Source: an uncultured bacterium
Lineage (GTDB): Bacteria; SAR324; NAC60-12
Assembly (NCBI GenBank): GCA_964010765.1
Contig: CAXGMD010000002.1
Span: forward strand, 41,060-105,059
Direction of reading: 5' to 3'
DNA length: 64,000 bases
The notes under the pieces were generated by a model, which was given only the letters and a program-made list of their open reading frames with translations, was not told where the DNA came from and searched no databases. Each line of letters begins with the position of its first letter. The first letter of the stretch is position 1. Shown here piece by piece: positions 50,587 through 59,259 of the stretch. The position numbers and the translations under genes were made by a program.

Positions 50587-53500
50587 TCAAGAATTTCACC
50601 AAGTGTTCTACGATCAGATAATTCATCGGCTTGGACTTGCAGATCTGGAAGGTTTTCTTGCAGAGCACCGAGGATTTCGACTCTTTTGATGGAATCAATG
50701 CCGAGGTCAGCCTCGAGATCCATGTTCAATTCCAGCATATCATTTGGATAACCAGTCTTCTCTGCGACAATATTCAGGAGAATATCTTGAATGTTGGAGG
50801 TTGAATTTTCTGAATCAGATGAGCTTTCGTTATCTGAGAGGGAAGGATTCGGCTTGGTTTCTTCGGGTTGAAGAATAGTTAAAATCTGTCCCAAAGTTCT
50901 TTGCTCGGCTAGTTCATCAGCTTGGACTTGCAGATCTAGAAGTTTTTCTTGGAGTGCGCCAAGGATTTCAACTCTTTTGATGGAGTCAATGCCAAGGTCA
51001 GCTTCTAAGTCCATATCTAGTTCCAACATTTCTGTCGGATAGCCAGTTTTTTCTGCAACGATTTCAAGGAGTACAAGATGAACTGAGCTTGTGGCACTGG
51101 TTGTTTGGGAGGCAGATCTGGTGGATGTTTCAGAGTGTGAGACCCTGACTTCAGGTGCAGTCTGAGGTGCCGATATTGTGGTGTTTGATACGGGTAGAGA
51201 TGGTCTTATGTTTAGTGCTGGTGCGGGAATGAACTCTGTTGGGGTGGCAAATTTCGGTATCACCTCTGACTTAACTGGAGTTTCTGGTGAAACACTACTT
51301 AATGAAGTCATTCTCGGCATTTGGCTAACATTACCTTCAGCAGTAAGGCCCCATTGCAAGGCGATTTGTGTTTGTTCGCTCTGTCCCTTTAGATATTGTT
51401 CGTGAATCTTAAGCGTTTCCTGTTGGTGGTGATGGAACCATTGTAGATTTTGTTGAACGCCTGTGGGCAAATCAGTCAACTTACCTTCAGAATCATGGCT
51501 AAACTGTTGAAGTACTTGCCAAAAAGCTCGAGCGTATTCCATCTGTTGGGCTAGATACTGTTGGTGCGTTCTGAGTACCTCTTGTTGATGCCGGTAGAAG
51601 TCCTGGATGGGATGGTAGTTAGACGTGTCTTGATCTTTATTATTCACTGGATTGTTCGTCAATGTTTGTGGGGTTGGAGGGGGACTCGTTTTTTCGCTGG
51701 TCTTTAAGTTGGGCTTTGCCCCTTCTAACGAATCATTGGGTTCGTGTGCAGAGGTTCTTTTCAAACTTTGGATTTCGCAATCATTCCCAATGAACTTTGC
51801 AAATTCTGACTGGGTTGCCTCACTAACATAGTTGCCCCCATGTAATCGGACATTCGCTTTGGAGGGACTGGTCACAAAGGACTGATATTCCCGTTGATGA
51901 GGATCTAAATTTGAGAGTGATAAGCCCAAAACCTGGAGTTGAACATAGGCTTCCCGAAACTGGCGTGAACTCTCTTCTTTTGGATTTGGATTTAATGCAA
52001 TTGCATAAATCTCTTTGCCTTGGAGGATGTTCTCTGTGAGTTTTGTTAGCACATTCTTGGGTCCGAATTCGATAAATACACGAGCTCCTGCTTCGTATAA
52101 GTTTTCAATTTGTTGTTTGAATCGAACGGACTCCAAAATGTGCGCTTGCAGCATTTCTTTGATTTTAACCGGTTCTGTAGGATAGGCCTTTGCCGTTTGA
52201 TTTGAGAATACTGGAACCCTGGCTCTATTGAATTTGCAGCTTTGGATGGCTTCTGAAAAAGGTTTTTGGGCATGATCCACTAGAGGAGTGTGAAACGCTG
52301 CAGAAACGGGGAGTGAGACAACCGAAAACCGCTTTGATTTAAAGAATGCAAAAGCTTTTTCGATCTGATTTTTGGGTCCAGCGACCACAACTTGCTTGTT
52401 CGAATTGAAATTGGCGACTTTCAAATCTGGAAAGTCTTCCAAGAGTTCCTCAACTGTATCTATCTTGCCCATCACCGCCATCATGGTTCCAGCGTCAAAA
52501 TCTGGATCATCTGGCGCAGCCATAGCTTTACCTCGTGCTACAGCCAATCTGTGATAGTCATTGTCGTTGATTACTCCGGCTGCCCAGAGAGCACTTAATT
52601 CACCGAAGCTGTGCCCAGAGGTGAAATCCACTTGTAACCCTCTTGCTTGCAGCAACCGGAACATTCCTCCACTCAGAGCACCAATCGCAGGTTGAGCATT
52701 CTCAGTTTTTTGGAGATGTAGGTTCTGAGTCTCTTCTTCATTTTCCTCAAAACTTGAGATGGCAAAGACGAGTTTCGAAAGTGGATCTCTCTCATTTTCT
52801 ACAAAGATCTGATCCATTTCTTGAAGGTCAGATTGGATTTCGGGGAATTCAAGGAAAAGCTCTCGACCCATTTGCAGATATTGGGACCCTTGCCCACAAA
52901 ACAAAGCTGTAACTTTTCCCTCACAATCCAACCCTGACTGCCGATAGAAAAGACCAGACTTTTGGCTCCATTCAAGGTTTTCAGGTTCTTTTTCCCAAGT
53001 AATTAGGGCTTCTTGTAAGGCTTGGATCGATTCTTTAGGGGAGTCTGATACAAATCCTAATCGGGCATGATCCTTAGCTGGTGGCGTTGCCTGGTTACCC
53101 TTTTCTAAGAGATCCTTTTGGCCTATCTGTGGTGTTGAAGAGAGTTGATTTAATAGGGTATTACACAGTTCTTGGAGTTCTGCCGGATTCTCTGCGGAAA
53201 GCAGAACAGGCTGTGGAGCTCGATTCAACCTGTAAGCGGTCAATTCAGTTTTATGCTCTTCCAAAATAAAATGAAAATTACTTCCACCAAAACCGAAAGC
53301 GCTGACACCTGCCCTCCTTGGCTCTGGCCCCCTGATCCAAGGTCTTGATTGCTTGCAGAAATAGAAGGGAGTTTCGCTTAATCTCAGATCTGGATGGGGA
53401 GTTTCCAGTTGATTGAGGGGGGGAAGAATTTTGTGATGAAGTGAAAGCGCAATTTTTATAAACCCTGCTACACCAGCTGCAGCCTTTGTATGACCAATTT

Positions 53501-54659
53501 GGGCCTTGACCGTACCCAAGGCAATCTGGTTTCTCTGCTCTGAAGCGTAAGCAGTCCTGAGTCCAGAAAACTCTGTAATATCACCTGCCTTAGTCCCTGT
53601 TCCGTGTGCTTCTATCAGTCCAATTTCTGAATTATTTTCTATATTGGCATCAGACTGAGCCCTTTGGATAGCTAAAACCTGACCCTCTTCCCTGGGAGCA
53701 TAGATGCTTTTAAACCTTCCATCACTTGAGGAACCAACACCAATAATTTTAGCATAGATACGATCACCATCGCGTACTGCGTCTTCCAAGCGCTTCAAAA
53801 CAACCAAGCCTAACCCTTCACCGATCATTATGCCTTCCGAATTTTTATCAAAAGGCTGGACCTGATCACGTTTAGTGAAGGCGGGTGTTTTACTGAAACA
53901 CATATACATAAAGGGGGAGTTATCTGTGTCAACTCCACCAGTCAGCATTACATCACATCGTCCTTCCCTGAGTTCGGAAATGGCCATCTTCATCGCAGCC
54001 AAGGAACTTCCACAAGCAGCGTCTACAACACAATTAGTGCCTCCAAGATTAAGCCGATTGGCTACTCTTCCAGCAATCACATTCCCAAGGAGTCCTGGAA
54101 ATGAATTCTCCTCCCACCTGACGTAGGCAGACTTAAATCGTTTAACTAGTTCTTCAGAGGTGTCTTGTTCAAGACCCGCACTAGAAAGAACTGATCTCCA
54201 GATAGGTTCTTGTAGCCGAGAAGTCAAAGAACCCATCAACTTCTGTCCGCCACAAACTCCAAGAATGATTCCAGTTTGAGATAATATTCGTGATTCTTCT
54301 TCCCCAATCCCAGCATCTATCAGAGCTGTTTTTGCTAAGATCAGGGTTAATAGCTGTGATGAGTCAGTGACTTCAAGAATGTTTGGAGGAAGACCAAAAT
54401 CCAACGGATTGAAATCAAGTTCTGGAACAAATCCGCCCTTCTTACAGTAGATTTTGTCTGGTTTGCTTGGATCAGGATCGTAGTAATCTTCAAGATTCCA
54501 TCGATTCGAAGGAACCTCCTCAAGGAAATCATTACCTGAGAGAATGTTGTTCCAATAACTCTGGAGATCTTTTGCACCAGGGAATAGCGCGGAAAGTCCA
54601 ACAACTGCAATCGGGGAGTCAGCCAAGCGATGGGATTTACTAGAACTCTTGAGGGACAT
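50550..54659 (-). CDS. pfaA: PfaA N-terminal part: KS - malonyl AT - 2x ACP
   Basis: DAACGSS, EAHGTGT, IGHTKAAAG; GQGSQY, GHSFGE, SAAFHT; two KTGYP..ML...DLEADLGIDSIKRVEIL ACPs. Confidence 0.9.
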   Translation of the reverse strand: MSLKSSSKSHRLADSPIAVVGLSALFPGAKDLQSYWNNILSGNDFLEEVPSNRWNLEDYYDPDPSKPDKIYCKKGGFVPELDFNPLDFGLPPNILEVTDSSQLLTLILAKTALIDAGIGEEESRILSQTGIILGVCGGQKLMGSLTSRLQEPIWRSVLSSAGLEQDTSEELVKRFKSAYVRWEENSFPGLLGNVIAGRVANRLNLGGTNCVVDAACGSSLAAMKMAISELREGRCDVMLTGGVDTDNSPFMYMCFSKTPAFTKRDQVQPFDKNSEGIMIGEGLGLVVLKRLEDAVRDGDRIYAKIIGVGSSSDGRFKSIYAPREEGQVLAIQRAQSDANIENNSEIGLIEAHGTGTKAGDITEFSGLRTAYASEQRNQIALGTVKAQIGHTKAAAGVAGFIKIALSLHHKILPPLNQLETPHPDLRLSETPFYFCKQSRPWIRGPEPRRAGVSAFGFGGSNFHFILEEHKTELTAYRLNRAPQPVLLSAENPAELQELCNTLLNQLSSTPQIGQKDLLEKGNQATPPAKDHARLGFVSDSPKESIQALQEALITWEKEPENLEWSQKSGLFYRQSGLDCEGKVTALFCGQGSQYLQMGRELFLEFPEIQSDLQEMDQIFVENERDPLSKLVFAISSFEENEEETQNLHLQKTENAQPAIGALSGGMFRLLQARGLQVDFTSGHSFGELSALWAAGVINDNDYHRLAVARGKAMAAPDDPDFDAGTMMAVMGKIDTVEELLEDFPDLKVANFNSNKQVVVAGPKNQIEKAFAFFKSKRFSVVSLPVSAAFHTPLVDHAQKPFSEAIQSCKFNRARVPVFSNQTAKAYPTEPVKIKEMLQAHILESVRFKQQIENLYEAGARVFIEFGPKNVLTKLTENILQGKEIYAIALNPNPKEESSRQFREAYVQLQVLGLSLSNLDPHQREYQSFVTSPSKANVRLHGGNYVSEATQSEFAKFIGNDCEIQSLKRTSAHEPNDSLEGAKPNLKTSEKTSPPPTPQTLTNNPVNNKDQDTSNYHPIQDFYRHQQEVLRTHQQYLAQQMEYARAFWQVLQQFSHDSEGKLTDLPTGVQQNLQWFHHHQQETLKIHEQYLKGQSEQTQIALQWGLTAEGNVSQMPRMTSLSSVSPETPVKSEVIPKFATPTEFIPAPALNIRPSLPVSNTTISAPQTAPEVRVSHSETSTRSASQTTSATSSVHLVLLEIVAEKTGYPTEMLELDMDLEADLGIDSIKRVEILGALQEKLLDLQVQADELAEQRTLGQILTILQPEETKPNPSLSDNESSSDSENSTSNIQDILLNIVAEKTGYPNDMLELNMDLEADLGIDSIKRVEILGALQENLPDLQVQADELSDRRTLGEILETFSADPPKKNF
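50557..50565 (-). other. A9 slippery run at the pfaA frame junction
   Basis: Minus strand CCA AAA AAA AAC TTC TGA; the -1 frame continues into KR-DH. Confidence 0.7.
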
Positions 54660-54685
54660 TAAAAAAACTCAATTCTGGCGTTCAT
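54659..54685 (-). CDS. Candidate 8-aa leader ORF MNARIEFF, stop overlapping the pfaA start
   Basis: Minus strand CAGGAGG-AAA-ATG AAC GCC AGA ATT GAG TTT TTT TAA TG. Confidence 0.4.
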   Translation of the reverse strand: MNARIEFF

Positions 54686-54855
54686 TTTCCTCCTGGAAAT
54701 GCCTGGAATATGGCGAGAAGAATGCCAAGGTTTGCAAATAAGATTCCCTAAGCTTCTCTAAATATGATTCTGAAACAGGCAGACTTATCAATTCGAATCT
54801 AAAAAATTAATCATAAGCCAATTCAGAATAAAAGACTTGGTAACGGATTAACGCT

Positions 54856-54889
54856 TTAATTAATAATTCTAATTAATTAATAATTCTAA
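54856..54889. repeat. Perfect 17-bp tandem duplication TTAATTAATAATTCTAA x2
   Basis: Read directly in the pfaA / response-regulator divergent intergenic region. Confidence 0.75.
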
Positions 54890-55019
54890 ATCAAAAATCA
54901 GGTTTGATTGTGTGGTACTTTGAGAAGTATGTTGCACGTTTACTTAAAAGTTTATATGTAAAATGTATGTAAATTTCTGGTGAAATTAACCACAAACAAT
55001 CCTGAAGGGTATAAAAGAC

Positions 55020-55865
55020 ATGCCAACCGCAAGAATTCTCTATCTCGAAGACGATATTGGCGTCGCATCTCCAACGAAAGCTGTACTTGAGCAGAAAGGT
55101 TACACTGTCATCCACGTTGAAGAGGGAATGGATGCCTTGACAAGGCTGCTAACGGAACATTTTGATGGAGCAATTTGTGATCTAACCCTGCCAGACGTTG
55201 ATGGTTTGAAAGTAATTGAGAGTATCCGATCCAAGAATGCTCGGCTACCAATAATTATTTTGAGTGCAAGGAGTGACACTGAAGAAAAATTAGAAGGACT
55301 ACTTTCAGGGGGTAATGACTACCTGACAAAACCTTTTGCAATCGAAGAACTGCTGACTAGATTAAAAAATATTCTGATGCATCGTCCTCTGCCAACTCAA
55401 GAGGAAGTGCAAGCTTATGGTCTACTGCAAGTATCAGATCTGATCATTGATCCAGTTCGTCAGCAGGTTCGCAGGGCAGGAAATTATGTAGAACTGCGCA
55501 GCAAGGAGTATGAGTTGTTGCATTACATGGTTTTGAATCCCAATCGCATCCTAACGAAAGAGGAACTCCTTAGAGAAATTTGGAATTATCCATATGATCC
55601 ATCGACCCGAATAGTTGATAACTTGGTTGCCAGATTAAGAAAAAAAATGGATCAGGGTTATGATATTCGCCTCATCTATACACGTTGGGGTAAGGGATAT
55701 TATTTCAAAAACCCAGATGCTGACATTTCTAAGATGAGTGTTCCAGAACCACTACAAGTGGCTGAAGTTCCAGAACCGATTGTGAAACCAGAACCGAAAC
55801 CCGAGCCAACTCCTCAATACGGCCCGCTGACGATTCCCCCACCAAGCGCCTACCTTAAAGACTGA
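55020..55865 (+). CDS. Orphan OmpR-family response regulator with Pro-rich C-terminal tail
   Basis: LEDD, CDLTLP, DYLTKPF, winged helix IYTRWGKGY, then VPEP...KPEPKPEP tail. Confidence 0.88.
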   Translation: MPTARILYLEDDIGVASPTKAVLEQKGYTVIHVEEGMDALTRLLTEHFDGAICDLTLPDVDGLKVIESIRSKNARLPIIILSARSDTEEKLEGLLSGGNDYLTKPFAIEELLTRLKNILMHRPLPTQEEVQAYGLLQVSDLIIDPVRQQVRRAGNYVELRSKEYELLHYMVLNPNRILTKEELLREIWNYPYDPSTRIVDNLVARLRKKMDQGYDIRLIYTRWGKGYYFKNPDADISKMSVPEPLQVAEVPEPIVKPEPKPEPTPQYGPLTIPPPSAYLKD

Positions 55866-55878
55866 CGATCCTTTTGAG

Positions 55879-55910
55879 TTGGGGCGGAGCAAACATTTGC
55901 TTAGCCCCAA
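55879..55910 (+). terminator. Probable terminator hairpin
   Basis: TTGGGGC..AGCAAA...TTTGCT..GCCCCAA just after the stop. Confidence 0.55.
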
Positions 55911-56054
55911 AATTTATCATCCAGAGAAATTATTCGGATCATTTCGTTCGTTCTTTAAAAACAAATTATTATGTTTTATAAATCATTAAACTTACTTAAA
56001 TTAAAATAAGTAATATCTTCAGGAAAATACTTATTCCAATTCTATCTATTTCCT

Positions 56055-57039
56055 ATGACCCGTCAGCATTTCCAGCACCCGAACGCAAGCAACAGAATCA
56101 TTGTCCGTGCAAAGATTTTGAACAAAGGCACTCCAATGATAGCCTTAACGCGTAACATCTCTGATCTTGAGGGGATTCTTAGCGCAATTGATGTCGTTAG
56201 ACCTGCAAATGATGGAATCATTAGAGACTTCAATATTGACACCGAGGGGGTAGAACACATTCAGGCAATTCTTCAGATGATGCAATCTCAACCAGGAGAA
56301 GAATACATTAGTCACTCTGATCAGACATTCTTAATTCACCTTGGGGGTAAGATCGAAATTCAGAATCGTGCACCGATGAGGATATAAGTTGGTGATGACT
56401 GGAATAGGTGCAGCGGGTACAGCATGCGCAAAAATGATTGCGCAATTGGGTGTTAAGAACATTGTGGGTTGTGATATTGATGGAGCAGTCGTCCCTGGGG
56501 AGCAATTTGAGCATTCTGGAAAGCAATGGTTTGCAGATAACACCAATCCAAACTCCGAAAGTGGAAGTGTACATGATGTGATCAAAGGAGCAGACGTTTT
56601 CCTCGGAGTCTCAGCTCCAAACGTCATAAACTCATCTGACGTTCAGGCAATGGGGAAAGATCCAATAGTCTTTGCCATGGCTAATCCAGATCCAGAGATA
56701 ATGCCTGAAGAAGCAGAACCTTTCGCAAAAATTGTGGCGACAGGAAGAAGTGATTATCCAAATCAAATAAATAATGTACTTTGCTTCCCAGGCTTATTTA
56801 AAGGTGCTTTCAGCTGTTTAGCCAGAACAATCAAAGAAGAAATGAAACTAGCAGCTGCAAAGGCTATCGCAGCAAGTGTTCCAGAAGAATTTCTTCAAGT
56901 TGACTACATCATACCTACCATTTTCGATTCTTCAGTTACTCAGAATGTGGCGAGGTCAGTCAGAGACGCTGCCATTGCAAGTGGAGTGGCTCGGAGAGAA
57001 CTTGTTATAGAAATGAATCAAGACGCTCCAGGCGAATAA
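56055..57039 (+). pseudogene. ACT-domain malic enzyme with a large internal deletion
   Basis: 5' part ends ...SDQTFLIHLGGKIEI; junction near 56375-56390 jumps out of frame to GIGAAG...FLGVS...FAMANPDPEI...ATGRSDYPNQINNVLCFPG; the catalytic N-domain (YTPGV, EGK, NLED, DDQHGT) is absent. Confidence 0.85.
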
Positions 57040-57068
57040 AATCAGCTAACTCTATTTAAAGAATTATT

Positions 57069-58084
57069 ATGTTTTACTATTTAAAAAATTTATTAATAAT
57101 ACTATTACTAGTAAATATCGTCACTAACATCACTGCCCAACAAAGTACAAAAGACATAAAGTGGATTGACGGAGATGACTTTGGAAAGTCTGCTCAAATT
57201 CCCTATTGGTTTAAAGAAAGCTTTCTAGAAATTGAACTGGATATTGAGGAAGCATTAGAAGCAGAAAGACTTTTGATGCTCTACTTCCATCAAGAGGGAT
57301 GTCCCTACTGTAAAGCGACAATAGAGAAAAATTTTTCAGATCCAACAACCAAAGATTTTATTCAAGAAAACTTTGACGTTGTTGAAATAAATATTCGCGG
57401 TTCTCGATCAATTACGCTGCCAAATGGTGATATTGTTGACGAAAGAGCTTTTTCCAAACTAATGAAGATCCAATACACACCTACCATCTTAATTTTAGAT
57501 GATAGTGGATTAAATGAACCGCTTGAAAGAATGAATGGTTTTAGACCACTCCCTATCTTTCAAGAGACGTTATTAGTTGTTAGTGGGAAGGACGAGGAAC
57601 TAGGTTTTACATTAGAAAGTGAACCTAATCTTGTGAAAGAAAATTATTTTAGTGAAAACTATAATCTTTCAACCTTCACAGGCCAAAAACCAATAGCTAT
57701 TTTCATCGAGAAGAAAGATTGTTCCATTTGCCAGCAGATGCACAGAGAAGTTTTGCCAGTAAAGAAAACTACAAAGCTTTGAGTGACTGGCATGTGATCC
57801 AAATTGATGTGGATGAAGCAGATCAAGAAATCATCCTTCCCGATGGAACCTCCCAAAACATTGGGGATTTCATAGAAGGCCGGGAAATAGATTTCTTCCC
57901 AACAGTTATATTATACGGTCTTGGAGAAACTGAAGAAACTTTCAGGATGGATAGTTATCTTACTAACTACGGCGTCAAATCTACCCTACAGTATATTGGG
58001 TCAGGAGATTACAAGTCTCAACCAGAACTTCAAAGATGGTCTGATGAGACCAGAGCAGCTAGAAGAGCCGCTCGAGGAGGTTGA
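57069..58084 (+). pseudogene. SoxW-like tandem thioredoxin-fold protein with a -1 frameshift (or sequence error) at about 57751
   Basis: Signal peptide, P.WFKESFL, CPYC, YTPT, second CSIC; one extra T in GTTTTG fuses to ...FASKENY...FFPT...FRMDSYL. Confidence 0.75.
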
Positions 58085-58085
58085 T

Positions 58086-58331
58086 TCATTTTTGGTAATT
58101 CGTTTTCCATTCCTCATAGGTCATTCCGTAGACATGTTCCCTAGCTGCTTCATAATCTAAAGCAATGCCTTTAGAATCTGCAGCAGCTACCATCCATTTT
58201 GATAAGCAATTCCTGCAAAACCCTGCCAAGTTCATCATATCAATATTTTGTACTTCAGTCCTATTTCGTAGGTGATCAATCAGAGTTCGAAAAGCTGCTG
58301 ATTCTAATTCGATTTTGGTTTGTTCATCCAT
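58086..58331 (-). CDS. DUF1244 family protein
   Basis: ELE.AAFR.L..HL..R.EVQNIDMMNLAGFCRNCLSKW...VYGM.Y.EWK. Confidence 0.85.
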   Translation of the reverse strand: MDEQTKIELESAAFRTLIDHLRNRTEVQNIDMMNLAGFCRNCLSKWMVAAADSKGIALDYEAAREHVYGMTYEEWKTNYQK

Positions 58332-58341
58332 TGCTTTCCTT

Positions 58342-59259
58342 TTAGGTTAATTGTGTGTTGATTAAATGAGGTCGACCGCGGAGAAATTCTTCTCCAGACA
58401 TAATATTTTTGCCTTCGGGCTTTATTTTTTTTACCTTAACAGAACCATCTCTGCAGCCGATAATAAAATCTTCTTGAATGATCCCTTCTCTTGATTGACG
58501 ACTACTGAATTCTAACTCTATAAAATTAATTCTTTTCCCATCTGAAACATAAGAATAAATACCTGGCCAGGGATCATAAGCTCTTAGTTTTCTGCTGATT
58601 AATTCAGGAGTCTCTTCAGTCCAGTTTACTTTACCCATTTCCTTTTTAATCAAACCACAAAAGGTGGCTTTAGAATCATCTTGTTCAATAGGTTTTTTAT
58701 TGGCTAGAATTTGTTCAATCGATTCTAGAAGCAACACCTTACTATTAACAGAAAGCTTTTCTCCAAGTGTTCTCGAAGTGTCTGATTCAAGAATCTGAAT
58801 AGGTTTAGATTCTGAAAGTATTGGACCGGCATCTAATTTCATCACCATCTTTTGAATGGAGATCCCAGTAGTTAAATCGCCAGCTAAGATGGAAGCTTGA
58901 ACCGGGCTCGCTCCTCTAAATTTGGGTAAAAAAGAGAAGTGAATATTAAAACTACCAAAACTTGGGAGGTCTAACAAATTCTGGGGCAGTATCTGGCCGT
59001 AGGCACATACGATGATGATATCGGGATTTTTCTGCTTGATTTGATTAAGTACATCCAAATCCCTGATTTTATTTGGTGAGAAAACTGATAAATTCTTTTC
59101 AAGGGCGAAAGATTTAACAGCACAGGGAGTAAGGACTTTTTTACGACCTGTAAATCGATCTGGTTGAGTAACCACCATCGATACTTGGAACCCCTTTGAA
59201 ACAAGGCCTTCTAGCGGAGGAATCGCCCAATCTGGAGTTCCAAAGTAAATAACGTTCAT
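58342..59259 (-). CDS. fmt: Methionyl-tRNA formyltransferase
   Basis: FGTPD, VTQPDR, AYGQILP, NIH.S.LP..RGASP, LDAG, PWPG. Confidence 0.93.
   Translation of the reverse strand: MNVIYFGTPDWAIPPLEGLVSKGFQVSMVVTQPDRFTGRKKVLTPCAVKSFALEKNLSVFSPNKIRDLDVLNQIKQKNPDIIIVCAYGQILPQNLLDLPSFGSFNIHFSFLPKFRGASPVQASILAGDLTTGISIQKMVMKLDAGPILSESKPIQILESDTSRTLGEKLSVNSKVLLLESIEQILANKKPIEQDDSKATFCGLIKKEMGKVNWTEETPELISRKLRAYDPWPGIYSYVSDGKRINFIELEFSSRQSREGIIQEDFIIGCRDGSVKVKKIKPEGKNIMSGEEFLRGRPHLINTQLT

Noticed and set aside
50590..51080. Two similar ~200-bp DNA segments as a repeat element
   Set aside because: Fully explained by the tandem ACP domains
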